A stretch of 64,000 bases of DNA from contig NZ_OZ252036.1 of NCBI RefSeq assembly GCF_965247785.1, positions 362,004 through 426,003 of the forward strand, read 5' to 3'. Position numbers and translations under genes: made by a program. The notes under the pieces were generated by a model. It was given only the letters and a program-made list of their open reading frames with translations. It was not told the DNA's origin and searched no databases. Shown in pieces: positions 8,526 through 16,632 of the stretch. This DNA comes from Deinococcus sp. (lineage in GTDB: Bacteria > Deinococcota > Deinococci > Deinococcales > Deinococcaceae). How positions within the stretch are numbered: position 1 is the first letter of the stretch; every line of letters starts with the position of its first letter.

Positions 8526-8714
8526 TCATCAGGATTGCGGTCAATCGGGTACGAAAAAACTGTTGACCAAGGCCAGCGGGCAGGCGTCCTCATGGGCGTC
8601 CGTTCTGCCCAAGCAGCGGGCAGGCGTCCTCATGGGCGTCCGTTCTGCCCAGGAGAAGGAACCAGAACAAAGAGGGCGGAACAGAAAAGCCAGACAAATG
8701 GCGGGATTCCATTT
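8526..8714. repeat. Mosaic small noncoding repeat, type II (copy B)
   Basis: End modules GATTGCGGTCAATCGGG..AACTGTTGACCAAGGCCAGC and CCAGGAGAAGGAACCAGAACAAAGAGGGCGGAACAGAAAAGCCAGACAAATGGCGGGATTCCAT are shared with 39432-39786. Two central GGGCAGGCGTCCTCATGGGCGTCCGTTCTGCCC units are shared with type I copies. Confidence 0.65.
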
Positions 8715-11700
8715 CTATTCCGGACTGGGCGGCAGTCCGTACCAATCCTGCCCCCCCGTCAGTGCCGGTCTCGGCAGGGTGAAACCGAAGACGGCCCCCT
8801 CGCCGGGCGTGCTCTCGGCGAATACCCGCCCACCGTGTTTGAGCACGATGCGCCGAACCGTCGCCAGCCCGATGCCTGTCCCTTCGAAGTCGCGTTCATT
8901 GTGAAGGCGCTGGAAAACCCCGAACAGCTTCTGGGCGTACTGTGGATTGAAGCCCACGCCATTGTCGCTGACCGAGATCGACCATTCCGCCGGGCGGGTC
9001 TCGACCCTGATCTCGACCACCGACACCTCACGGAGCGCGGAGTACTTCACCGCGTTGCTCAGCAGGTTGGTGAGCACCTGCTGCAACATCCCGGCGTCGC
9101 CCCAGACACCTGGCATCGGTTCGGTCGAGGTCCAGCGGATTGGCCGGCCCCTAAATTCAGCTCCCACGTCGCGCCGGGCCTGGGTCACCAGCGCCCCGAG
9201 ATCGACCAGACGTGGGGTGAACTCCTGGCGTCCGGCGCGCGACAGCAGCAGCATCGCGTCGATCAATGCGGTCATACGCTCGCCCGCCTGATGAACCACC
9301 GCCAGATGCCCAGCCGCCTTGGCATTCGGCGCGTCGGCCAGGGCCTTGTTGGCCAGATCGGCGAAGGCCAGCACGTGCCGTACCGGGGTTCGCAGGTCGT
9401 GCGAGGCCGAGTAGGCGAACGCCTCCAGTTCCTCGTTAGCAACCGCCAGGGCGCTCAGACTGCGCTCCAGCTCCTGAGAGCGCTGGGCCAGCGCAGAGAC
9501 GCCCTCGGCCCGTTCGAGCGCCAGCTTGAGGCTGCGCCCCACCGCCTGGAAGATGCCCCGGTCTCGTTTGCTCCAGGTCTGGAGGTCACGACTGGCCATG
9601 CCCAGGACACTGTTCATCTGCCCGTCCTGAAAGAAAGGATAGTACGCCACTGCGCCGTAGATGGCCGACTCCGGGACTTCGTGCTCGGCGGTGTTCCAGT
9701 GCTCAAAAAAGATCGCCCGCCGTTTCCGGGCCACCGCAGCGAAGGTGTGCTGCTCCGGCGCGAATCCCTGCCGGCAGCGGGCGAGCAGATCGGGCGGAAG
9801 ATCGTGGGGCCAGGTTTTGATCCTGAAGACCGCGTGCTCTTCCCGCGTCTCACGCTCAAAATAGAGAACATCTACACCGCGCGTCTCGCTGAGCAGCGCC
9901 GCCGCCCGCCCGATCAGCACCGACACGTCGAGTTCACTGCCGATGGCCTCGGTGTAGGTGGTAAAGGCTTCCAGGGCGGCGCGTTCCTCGTCGAGCTGCC
10001 GGGCCTGCTCGGCACGTTCCAGGGCCAGGCCGAGGCTGTAGACCACCGCCTCCATCACCGCCTTCTCGGCCGCCTTCCAGGGCCGCGCCTGGAACACGCA
10101 GGCCACGAACACCCCCACGCTCTGGCCGCCCACCAGCACCGGCAGGGTGGCCGCAGCGTTCACGTGCTGCACCATCTGTTCGTCGGTGTCGCTGCCCTTG
10201 GCGTACTCGTCCTGGTAAAGCGGCTGCCGACTGTGCCAGGGGGTGTCGATGCTGGGGGTCTGTCCCACCGGCGGGCCCGCGTCGATGAAGACCTGCAACT
10301 GGGCGCTCCCCACCTCCCCCGTCTGCACGGCGTTGTGCCAGTGTTCGCCGCGCCTCTCGTAGTACAGCGTGTAGCCGTCCGGCAGCAGGCTGAGCACCAT
10401 CTCCTGCGCCCGCCGGACCAGGGTGTGAGGTTCGGCGTGCAGGGTCATGGTGCGGGTCAGGTCGGCGAAGCCCTCCAGCGCCCGCGCGCGGCTGTCGAGT
10501 TCCGCGTTCTGGGCCTCCAGCCGCCGCGTCGCCTCGGTGCGTTCGAGCGCCAGTTGCAGGCTCAGGCCCACAGAACGGAAGATGCTACGCTCGCGTTCGG
10601 TCCAGGTCGGTTCAGAGGTTTTGGCGACGGTCAGCAGCCCGAACGGTCGCCCCTGCCGGAGATACGGATAGAAGGCGGCGGCGGTGTACAGGCCAGTATT
10701 CCCGACCTCACCGCTGCCCCCCGGCCGGCCGTCGACGAACACCGCGCCGCCCTCCTCGAAGGGTCTGAGCAGCGCGGGCATATCGGCAGGAATCCCCTGT
10801 GTGGCGATCTCACGGATGTGTTCCGGCACCTCGTCCGAGAGCATCCGGGCCTTCCAGAGCCCGCCTTCGTATTCCGAATACCCGACATTCATCTGTCCCA
10901 GGGTGGCCTGAAGCACGCCCCGGACGTGTTCGGCCAGGGCGGAGACCTCGGTGGTCTGGGCGGAGACTTCGGTGAAGCGGACGAAGGCGTCCAGAGCCGC
11001 GTTGCGCTCCTCGAGTTCGGCCGTCCGAACGGCCACCTGACCTTCGAGCGTCTGCCCGTGCTCGCGCAGGGCCTGTTGAGCAGCCCTGAAAGGGCGCAGG
11101 TCTTGCAGGTATCCGAGAACCTGCGGCGCTCCGGTCTCGTCCTCGCCGGCCCCATTCTCTCTCTCTTCGTCGTCGCGGATCAGCACCACACTCACCGGCA
11201 GCCGTTCACCGTCCTTGGTCAGCATCTCCTTCTCGTAGGCACGGACGCCCCCTCCAGACAGCACCTCACTGATCGCCGCCTCGTCGGCCGCGTGAAACTC
11301 GGGCGGGGTCAGGGCCACCCAGTCGATCTGACCGGCCTCGAACTCGGCGCGGGTGTAGCCGAGCAGCCGGACATACGCCTCGTTGACCTGAATCAGCCGC
11401 CCGTCCAGCGTGCCCACCGCGATGCCCAGCGGACTGGCCTCGACCAGCCGCCGCCAGCGCTGTTCGCTGACCTGCCCCCGAACCTGGGTCTGGCGGTGCC
11501 GGGTGATGTCGTGCGAAACCGCCAGCAGGCCACCGACCGAACCGTCTTCGGCGTGCAGGGGCGAGACGCTCACCTCCCACCACTTCGGATTGCCGGCGAA
11601 GGTTCTGGCCTCGCCCTCGAAGGTGCTGCTCTCCCCCGCCCTGGCCCGCTCCAGGGCCACCTCGACCAGCGGGCGGCTTTCACTCTCCCAGAAGCTCGGC

Positions 11701-12350
11701 CACAGCAGGTTCTGGCCGCTCTGGAGATCGGAGACTTCCTCAGGGATTTTCATGGTACGCCCTCTTCCCTCATTCATCCAGAGAAGCCGCCCGTCCAGAT
11801 CCAGCACCTTGACGCCGCCCGGACTGCTCGCGACGATCTCGCGCAGCCGCCGCAACTCCTGCCGGTCGGCCTGTTCGGTGGTCACGTCGCGCGCCTGCAT
11901 GCCCAGAACCGCCCGGCCCCGGGCGCCCGCATCCGGTGCCTGAAAAAACACCGGGGCAGCAAAGAGCCTGACCTCGTACCAGGTGTCCGGGCGCGGGCCA
12001 GCCAGGAGCAGTGGCGCGCCGCTGATGGGCTGTTCCGGCCCACCCTGTCTCTGGGCCCGCGTCTGTGGGGGGTCGTTCAGCAGTTCCAGGGGGGTGCGCG
12101 TTCCGACCATCGCGCGCAGCGCAGGCCAGCGTTCCAGCAGGTTGTGGCCGGTGGCCGCTCCGGCCAGCCCCAGCAGCGGGCCGGCCTGGGCATTGAGATC
12201 CACCAGGCTCCAGCCGGCGTCCAGCGTGAAGACGGCCCCGGAGACCTGATCGAGCAGCGCCTGCAATTGTCCGGGGTCGGGGGGGGAGGACATAAGTTCG
12301 GCCTGATGATAATGGAAGACCGAAGGCCGGGAGTGGCAGATCAGGTTCAT
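8715..12350 (-). CDS. Cytoplasmic multi-sensor histidine kinase (3x PAS, 3x coiled-coil/GAF-like module, HisKA, HATPase_c)
   Basis: 1211 aa with no TM segment. H-box is FAYSASHDLRTPVRHV. N/G boxes are LLSNAVKYS and SDNGVGF..GTGIGLATV. PAS-like segments include ASPLGIAVGTLDGRLIQVNEAYVRLLGY. An alternative start MSSPPD lies at 12293. Confidence 0.9.
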   Translation of the reverse strand: MNLICHSRPSVFHYHQAELMSSPPDPGQLQALLDQVSGAVFTLDAGWSLVDLNAQAGPLLGLAGAATGHNLLERWPALRAMVGTRTPLELLNDPPQTRAQRQGGPEQPISGAPLLLAGPRPDTWYEVRLFAAPVFFQAPDAGARGRAVLGMQARDVTTEQADRQELRRLREIVASSPGGVKVLDLDGRLLWMNEGRGRTMKIPEEVSDLQSGQNLLWPSFWESESRPLVEVALERARAGESSTFEGEARTFAGNPKWWEVSVSPLHAEDGSVGGLLAVSHDITRHRQTQVRGQVSEQRWRRLVEASPLGIAVGTLDGRLIQVNEAYVRLLGYTRAEFEAGQIDWVALTPPEFHAADEAAISEVLSGGGVRAYEKEMLTKDGERLPVSVVLIRDDEERENGAGEDETGAPQVLGYLQDLRPFRAAQQALREHGQTLEGQVAVRTAELEERNAALDAFVRFTEVSAQTTEVSALAEHVRGVLQATLGQMNVGYSEYEGGLWKARMLSDEVPEHIREIATQGIPADMPALLRPFEEGGAVFVDGRPGGSGEVGNTGLYTAAAFYPYLRQGRPFGLLTVAKTSEPTWTERERSIFRSVGLSLQLALERTEATRRLEAQNAELDSRARALEGFADLTRTMTLHAEPHTLVRRAQEMVLSLLPDGYTLYYERRGEHWHNAVQTGEVGSAQLQVFIDAGPPVGQTPSIDTPWHSRQPLYQDEYAKGSDTDEQMVQHVNAAATLPVLVGGQSVGVFVACVFQARPWKAAEKAVMEAVVYSLGLALERAEQARQLDEERAALEAFTTYTEAIGSELDVSVLIGRAAALLSETRGVDVLYFERETREEHAVFRIKTWPHDLPPDLLARCRQGFAPEQHTFAAVARKRRAIFFEHWNTAEHEVPESAIYGAVAYYPFFQDGQMNSVLGMASRDLQTWSKRDRGIFQAVGRSLKLALERAEGVSALAQRSQELERSLSALAVANEELEAFAYSASHDLRTPVRHVLAFADLANKALADAPNAKAAGHLAVVHQAGERMTALIDAMLLLSRAGRQEFTPRLVDLGALVTQARRDVGAEFRGRPIRWTSTEPMPGVWGDAGMLQQVLTNLLSNAVKYSALREVSVVEIRVETRPAEWSISVSDNGVGFNPQYAQKLFGVFQRLHNERDFEGTGIGLATVRRIVLKHGGRVFAESTPGEGAVFGFTLPRPALTGGQDWYGLPPSPE

Positions 12351-12423
12351 TTGGGGTTGGATTCAGGGCCGTATTCGAGGCCGGGCCACCGGACGCCGCG
12401 CCGGCGGGCAGAATCGGGGGGGA

Positions 12424-13221
12424 TCAGACCCGGCCGAACTGGACTCCTTGCACCGAGACCCGCAGGCCCGCCCCGCCCGGAACCGCCAGGGCGGCGGCGT
12501 AGCTCGGCAGCGGCGAGAGGTCGCAGGTCAGCCAGGAGGAGGCGGGGACAACCGGGCTCTGGGCCTCCTGCCACTGGGCCTCCTGCCGCTGGGCCTCCTG
12601 CCGCTGGGCCTCCTCTCTCTGAACTTTTCCATTCCGGGCTTGCTGACGCTGGCTTTCATCGACCCGGATCAGCCAGCCCGCAGGCGGCCCGGCCACCGAT
12701 ACGCTGACCGCCGTGGCCGGCGCGCTCAGCCCCAGGCCCAGCGCCTTGAGCACCGCCTCTCGGCGCGTCCAGACCCGGTAGAAGGCGCCCACCGAGCCTG
12801 CCGGCGACAGCCGCCGCAACGCCTCACGCTCTGCCGGATCGAAGAACCTGGCGGCCACCCCGTCCAGGTCTGTACTCTGCTGTATACGCTCCAGATCTAT
12901 CCCTACCGGGTGGCCCTGCACGAACGCGAACAGCCCGAAGTCTCCGGCGTGCGAGAGGTTGAAGTGCAGCTCGCCGTACAGCGGGTCAAGCCGAGGTTTG
13001 CCGCGCGGTCCCAGCAGGATCGGCACCCGGTCTGGTTTCAGGCCCAAATACCGGCCGAGCAGGTGGCGCAGCGCTTCCCGCGACCGGACGAACTGACGGC
13101 GGGCCGCCGGATCGAGAAAGCGGGCCGCCCGGGCGCGCTCGGAGGCGTCGAGCAGACGGCCTGAAGGTTCACTCTGTTCGCCCCGTTTACCCTGGCCCAG
13201 CTCTATCAGATGAATCTGCAC
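12424..13221 (-). CDS. Sfp-type 4'-phosphopantetheinyl transferase
   Basis: GKPRLDP..LHFNLSHAGDFGLFAF..VGIDLE..FYRVWTRREAVLKALG are the PPTase core motifs. GTG start sits behind GGAGCC. The track ORF extends upstream only as overlap with the NRPS gene. Confidence 0.85.
   Translation of the reverse strand: MQIHLIELGQGKRGEQSEPSGRLLDASERARAARFLDPAARRQFVRSREALRHLLGRYLGLKPDRVPILLGPRGKPRLDPLYGELHFNLSHAGDFGLFAFVQGHPVGIDLERIQQSTDLDGVAARFFDPAEREALRRLSPAGSVGAFYRVWTRREAVLKALGLGLSAPATAVSVSVAGPPAGWLIRVDESQRQQARNGKVQREEAQRQEAQRQEAQWQEAQSPVVPASSWLTCDLSPLPSYAAALAVPGGAGLRVSVQGVQFGRV
12559..12615. repeat. 15-bp tandem repeat (3.8 copies) inside the PPTase gene
   Basis: CTGGGCCTCCTGCC(A/G) x3 plus a partial copy. 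It encodes QREEAQRQEAQRQEAQWQEAQ, an in-frame low-complexity insert about 35 codons from the PPTase C-terminus. Confidence 0.9.
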
Positions 13222-13316
13222 GGCTCCTGCCGGTAAAAACCCGCTCTGTTCGCCCGGACGGTCATTCGCAGATCGTCCGGCCCGGTCGCCCTGCACGCCG
13301 CGCCCGTGCACCGCGC

Positions 13317-15965
13317 TCAGATCCTGCCCAGTTGTGCACTGAGAAGCGATCCCAGGCGTCGGCTGCCCTCCTCGGTGACCAGCAGATCGAGGTGCCCTCC
13401 CCGCACGTCCACCACCCGCACCCCTCCGGCACTCAGCAGGCCCCAGCCGAGGAGCGGATCGTACAGCGCGAAATACTCGGCGGTGGCCCTGAACAGCGTC
13501 ACGACACCGTCGAACCCGGCAGGATGGTACCTCCTCATCAGGGTGTTGCGCTGGCTGAAGACCGTCTCGCGTTCCCGCTCTTCCGGGGTGGGCCGGCGTA
13601 ACACCCTCGACAGCCGACGGACGGCCTTGCCGACCATGAATGGTCGCCGATCCGGATGGAGGAACCAGCCGAGGTGGCCGAGGCGAACCCGCGTCCGGTC
13701 CAGAAAGGGCAGCCCGTTCCAGTGCGCCTCGACTTCGGGGGTCGGCGTATCGACCAGTCCCAGGAAGCTCACCTCCTCCCCCTGTTGGCGCAGGAGCCGC
13801 GCCAGTTCGTAGGCCACCAGACCCTCGTACGAGAAGCCGCACAGCCGGTAGGGGCCACGGAGACGCGACCCGCGCAGCACTCCGGCCATCGAGGCGGCCA
13901 TCTCGGTCACGTCCTCAATCTGCCGGTCGAGGGCGTAGATGGGCAGATCCGCCGGCAGGTTCGGCAGCAGCAGGCGGTACAGGTAAGGATCGCCAATCAG
14001 GATCAGAGGCGCCGCTTCCTGACTTCCCTGGCGCAGCCTGACCAGTCCGTCGGGGGCGGGCACGGCCTGCGACCCCCGGACGAGTTCGTCGATCAGCGCC
14101 GACAGCGCCCGGACCGTGGGCCGCTCGAAGAGCACGCTGGGCGGCACCTCGAATCCGAACAGGGTCGCCACCCGGCTGAGCAGCACGGCGGCCCGCAGCG
14201 AGGTGCCGCCCAGCGCGAAGAAATCGGCCTCCGGGCCGGGCCGGGCACCCAACACCTCGGCCCAGACCTCGCTCATCCGGGTCTCGGTGGCATTCAGAGG
14301 TCTGGCAGGCTCAGAAATCGGCTCCGCCCCGGCGGTGGTGGGCAGCGGCCAGGTCTTCAGGGCGTGGCGGTCGACCTTCCCGGTCGGCCCCATGGGAAAG
14401 GCGTCCAGCCAGACGAACAGACCCGGAACCATATACCCCGGCAGTCGGCCGGCGAGATACCCGCGCAGGGCCGCTGCGTTCACCGTGGCCTGATTCACTT
14501 CGGACTGCTTCACTCTGGACTGGGGCAGCGCCTCGACAAAGGCCACCAGCCGCTTCTCCTGGCCTTCGGCCGGCTCGGAGGCGTCGAGCGGCAACGCCAG
14601 CACCACCACCTCCTGAACCTCGGGGTGTTCGGCCAGCACCCGTTCGATCTCCGGCAGTTCGATCCGGTGGCCCCGGATCTTGACCTGATAATCGCGCCGA
14701 CCCAGAAATTCCAGGTTGCCGTCGTCCCGTTCGCGGCCCAGGTCGCCGGTGCGGTAGAGCCTTGCGCCGGGCCGGGGATCGAAGGGATGGGGCACGAACT
14801 GCGCCGCCGTGAGTTCGGGGCGATGAGCGTAACCGCGCGCGAGACCCAGGCCGCCCAGCCAGAGTTCACCGACCTCGCCGGGCACGGCCCGTCCGCCGCC
14901 GTCGGTCATGACGTACGCCTCGGTGCCGAAGATCGCCCGGCCGATGGGAATCGCCGCCTCAAGCTGCTCCGGCCTGGAAACGGTGTACGTGGTGGTCAGG
15001 ACGGTGTTCTCGGTCGGCCCGTAGATGTTGACGAAGTCGCAGCCGGGAACACCTTCCAGCAGGGCCCGCACGGTCTTGACCGAGGGCACGTCCCCGCCGC
15101 TCACCACGTGGCGCAGCCCCGAAAGGTCGGGCAGGCGCTCGGCGACCAGGTGGTTGAGCACCGCCGGGGTGAGCATCAGGGTGGTCACGCCCTGTTCCCT
15201 GATGGTGCGTCCGAGTTCCGTGAGCGACAGGTGCGCCGGCTCGTACACCGCCAGCCGCGCGCCGTGCAGCAGCGCGCCCCACAGTTCGAGGGTCGAGAAG
15301 TCGAAGGCCAGACTCGACAGCATCAGGTGTACCTCCCGCACCCCGAACGCGGCGTAGGTCTGCCCGAGCACCAGATTGCCTACGCCTCGGTGTTCGGTCT
15401 GCACCCCCTTGGGCGTTCCGGTCGAACCGGAGGTGTAGATCATGTAGGCCAGGGTGTCGGCGTCTGCCACCGGACCCGGATTGTGCCGGGGCGAGCGGCC
15501 GAGGGTGACCGTCTCCAGATCGAGCAGGAGCAGCGGCACCGGACACTCCAGATCGGTGGGAAGATGGGCCGTGAGCGAGATCACGAGCTGCGCCCCCGAA
15601 TCACCGATCAGGAAGTTCAGGCGCTCGTTCGGATGGGAAACGTCGAGCGGCAGGTAGGCCCCACCACTCTTGAGAATACCCAGAATACCGATCATGGCCT
15701 CGCGTGAACGGGGCAGCAGCAGACCGACCACCGTGTCCGGGCCGACCCCCAGGAAGCGCAGGTGGTGGGCCAGCCGGTTGGCCTGCTCGTTCAGTTCGAG
15801 GTACGAGAGGCTCCAGCCACGTCCGCTGAGGGCCACCGCGTCCGGCGTCCGGGCCACCTGGGTCTCGAACAGTTCATGCAGACAGGAACCGCCTTGCGGG
15901 CCCACGTATTCCGACTGCCTGGTCTCTTGTTTCCGAATCACTCCTCGCCCCCCGGGTCCTGTCAA
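13317..15965 (-). CDS. Single-module nonribosomal peptide synthetase, A-T-TE architecture with no condensation domain
   Basis: A-domain cores are LSYLELNEQANRLA, YMIYTSGSTGTPKGV, FDFS, NIYGPTE, GELWLGGLGLARGY, YRTGDL, GRRDYQVKIRGHRIE and PTGKVDR. Carrier-protein site is FFALGGTSL. Thioesterase motifs are GFSYEG (GxSxG) and GGHLDL. Confidence 0.9.
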   Translation of the reverse strand: MTGPGGRGVIRKQETRQSEYVGPQGGSCLHELFETQVARTPDAVALSGRGWSLSYLELNEQANRLAHHLRFLGVGPDTVVGLLLPRSREAMIGILGILKSGGAYLPLDVSHPNERLNFLIGDSGAQLVISLTAHLPTDLECPVPLLLLDLETVTLGRSPRHNPGPVADADTLAYMIYTSGSTGTPKGVQTEHRGVGNLVLGQTYAAFGVREVHLMLSSLAFDFSTLELWGALLHGARLAVYEPAHLSLTELGRTIREQGVTTLMLTPAVLNHLVAERLPDLSGLRHVVSGGDVPSVKTVRALLEGVPGCDFVNIYGPTENTVLTTTYTVSRPEQLEAAIPIGRAIFGTEAYVMTDGGGRAVPGEVGELWLGGLGLARGYAHRPELTAAQFVPHPFDPRPGARLYRTGDLGRERDDGNLEFLGRRDYQVKIRGHRIELPEIERVLAEHPEVQEVVVLALPLDASEPAEGQEKRLVAFVEALPQSRVKQSEVNQATVNAAALRGYLAGRLPGYMVPGLFVWLDAFPMGPTGKVDRHALKTWPLPTTAGAEPISEPARPLNATETRMSEVWAEVLGARPGPEADFFALGGTSLRAAVLLSRVATLFGFEVPPSVLFERPTVRALSALIDELVRGSQAVPAPDGLVRLRQGSQEAAPLILIGDPYLYRLLLPNLPADLPIYALDRQIEDVTEMAASMAGVLRGSRLRGPYRLCGFSYEGLVAYELARLLRQQGEEVSFLGLVDTPTPEVEAHWNGLPFLDRTRVRLGHLGWFLHPDRRPFMVGKAVRRLSRVLRRPTPEERERETVFSQRNTLMRRYHPAGFDGVVTLFRATAEYFALYDPLLGWGLLSAGGVRVVDVRGGHLDLLVTEEGSRRLGSLLSAQLGRI

Positions 15966-16457
15966 TGGTCGATGTCAGCAGTAGCCAACAGTGTTGTCAG
16001 CGTTTCGCGGTGTGGTGAACGATGTTTCTCGCCGCAAGATGGGCCGGCGAGATAGCCCGGGGCTGGCACCTGACTGCGCGGGTTCAGCTCTGCTGAATCT
16101 CCGCTGCGGTGGCGCATCTTCCCAGACCTCCCGAGAATTCATAAATCCCAGGGTGCAGGGACCGCTCACCCCTTCTCATCGGCACTTCAGTCATCGGGTG
16201 CCCGGATCGGGGAAGATGTTGTAGCGTCTGTGAAACCATTTCGGAACTGACCAGCAGACGTGAGCGTTGCGATGTGCCGGGCGTTGACGCCTCGAAACAC
16301 CTGTTCCAGCCCACTCACGGTTTCCCGGCCGGTCATGAGACATACGTTAATCGCGTGACTCTAACAGAGTCATCACATCTCGCGCCCTGCTTACCGAGAC
16401 GGTCGCCTTGAGGTCTGTGCGATATGCCGGGCGCCCGCGCCCCTCCCGCGAGGCGCC

Positions 16458-16600
16458 GATACGATGTCGCTCTGATTCCGGGAAAGATCAGAACACCGCC
16501 CAGAGTCCCGACTTCTTGGCGAGGACAGCGCCCGTCTTCTTGGCCAGAACGGACGCCGTACACGACGCCTGCCCGCTTCTTGGGCAGAACAGCGCCGTTA
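16458..16600. repeat. Mosaic repeat type I, truncated copy C
   Basis: GA-TA-CGATGTCGCTCTGATTCCGGG left module followed by CTTCTTGGC.../GCCTGCCCGCTTCTTGGGCAGAAC hairpin units. No right end module. Confidence 0.6.
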
Positions 16601-16632
16601 CTGTCGTGGTCGGGGGTGTCGAGGGATTCGAC

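Noticed and set aside
8523-12707. A 1394-aa ORF on the plus strand, the longest ORF in the track.
   Set aside because: It lies exactly antisense to the histidine-kinase gene. Its translation is low-complexity and Arg/Pro/Gly-rich with no recognisable motifs, whereas the minus-strand frame carries complete PAS/GAF/HisKA/HATPase signatures. This is a typical shadow ORF in 67% GC DNA.
13222-13842. The upstream extension of the PPTase ORF (track ORF 12424-13842), which would overlap the NRPS 3' end by 500 nt.
   Set aside because: The extension is the out-of-frame overlap with the NRPS thioesterase region. PPTase homology begins just after the GTG at 13221, which has a GGAG upstream.
13656-15707. 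A 683-aa plus-strand ORF, plus similar long ORFs at 44263-46629 (+), 60065-62482 (-), 36815-38116 (-), 41483-42691 (-), 39792-40712 (-) and 53169-54362 (-).
   Set aside because: All are antisense to genes with strong family motifs (NRPS, GH38, GH3, xdhB, guaD, NagZ-like, ABC ATPase). All have Arg/Gly/Pro/Ala-dominated, motif-free translations.
16187-16336. A 49-aa minus-strand ORF (MTGRETVSGLEQVFRGVNARHIATL...) in the 670-bp gap upstream of the NRPS, considered as an MbtH-like protein or a precursor peptide.
   Set aside because: There is no Shine-Dalgarno sequence, no MbtH signature (no conserved Trp or the NxExQxSxWP motif), and atypical codon bias. It is not supported.
16356-16372. A palindrome TGACTCT-AAC-AGAGTCA downstream of the nine-gene operon, considered as an intrinsic terminator or operator.
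   Set aside because: It has only a 7-bp stem, is not followed by a U-tract on the transcribed (minus) strand, and occurs only once. The evidence is insufficient.
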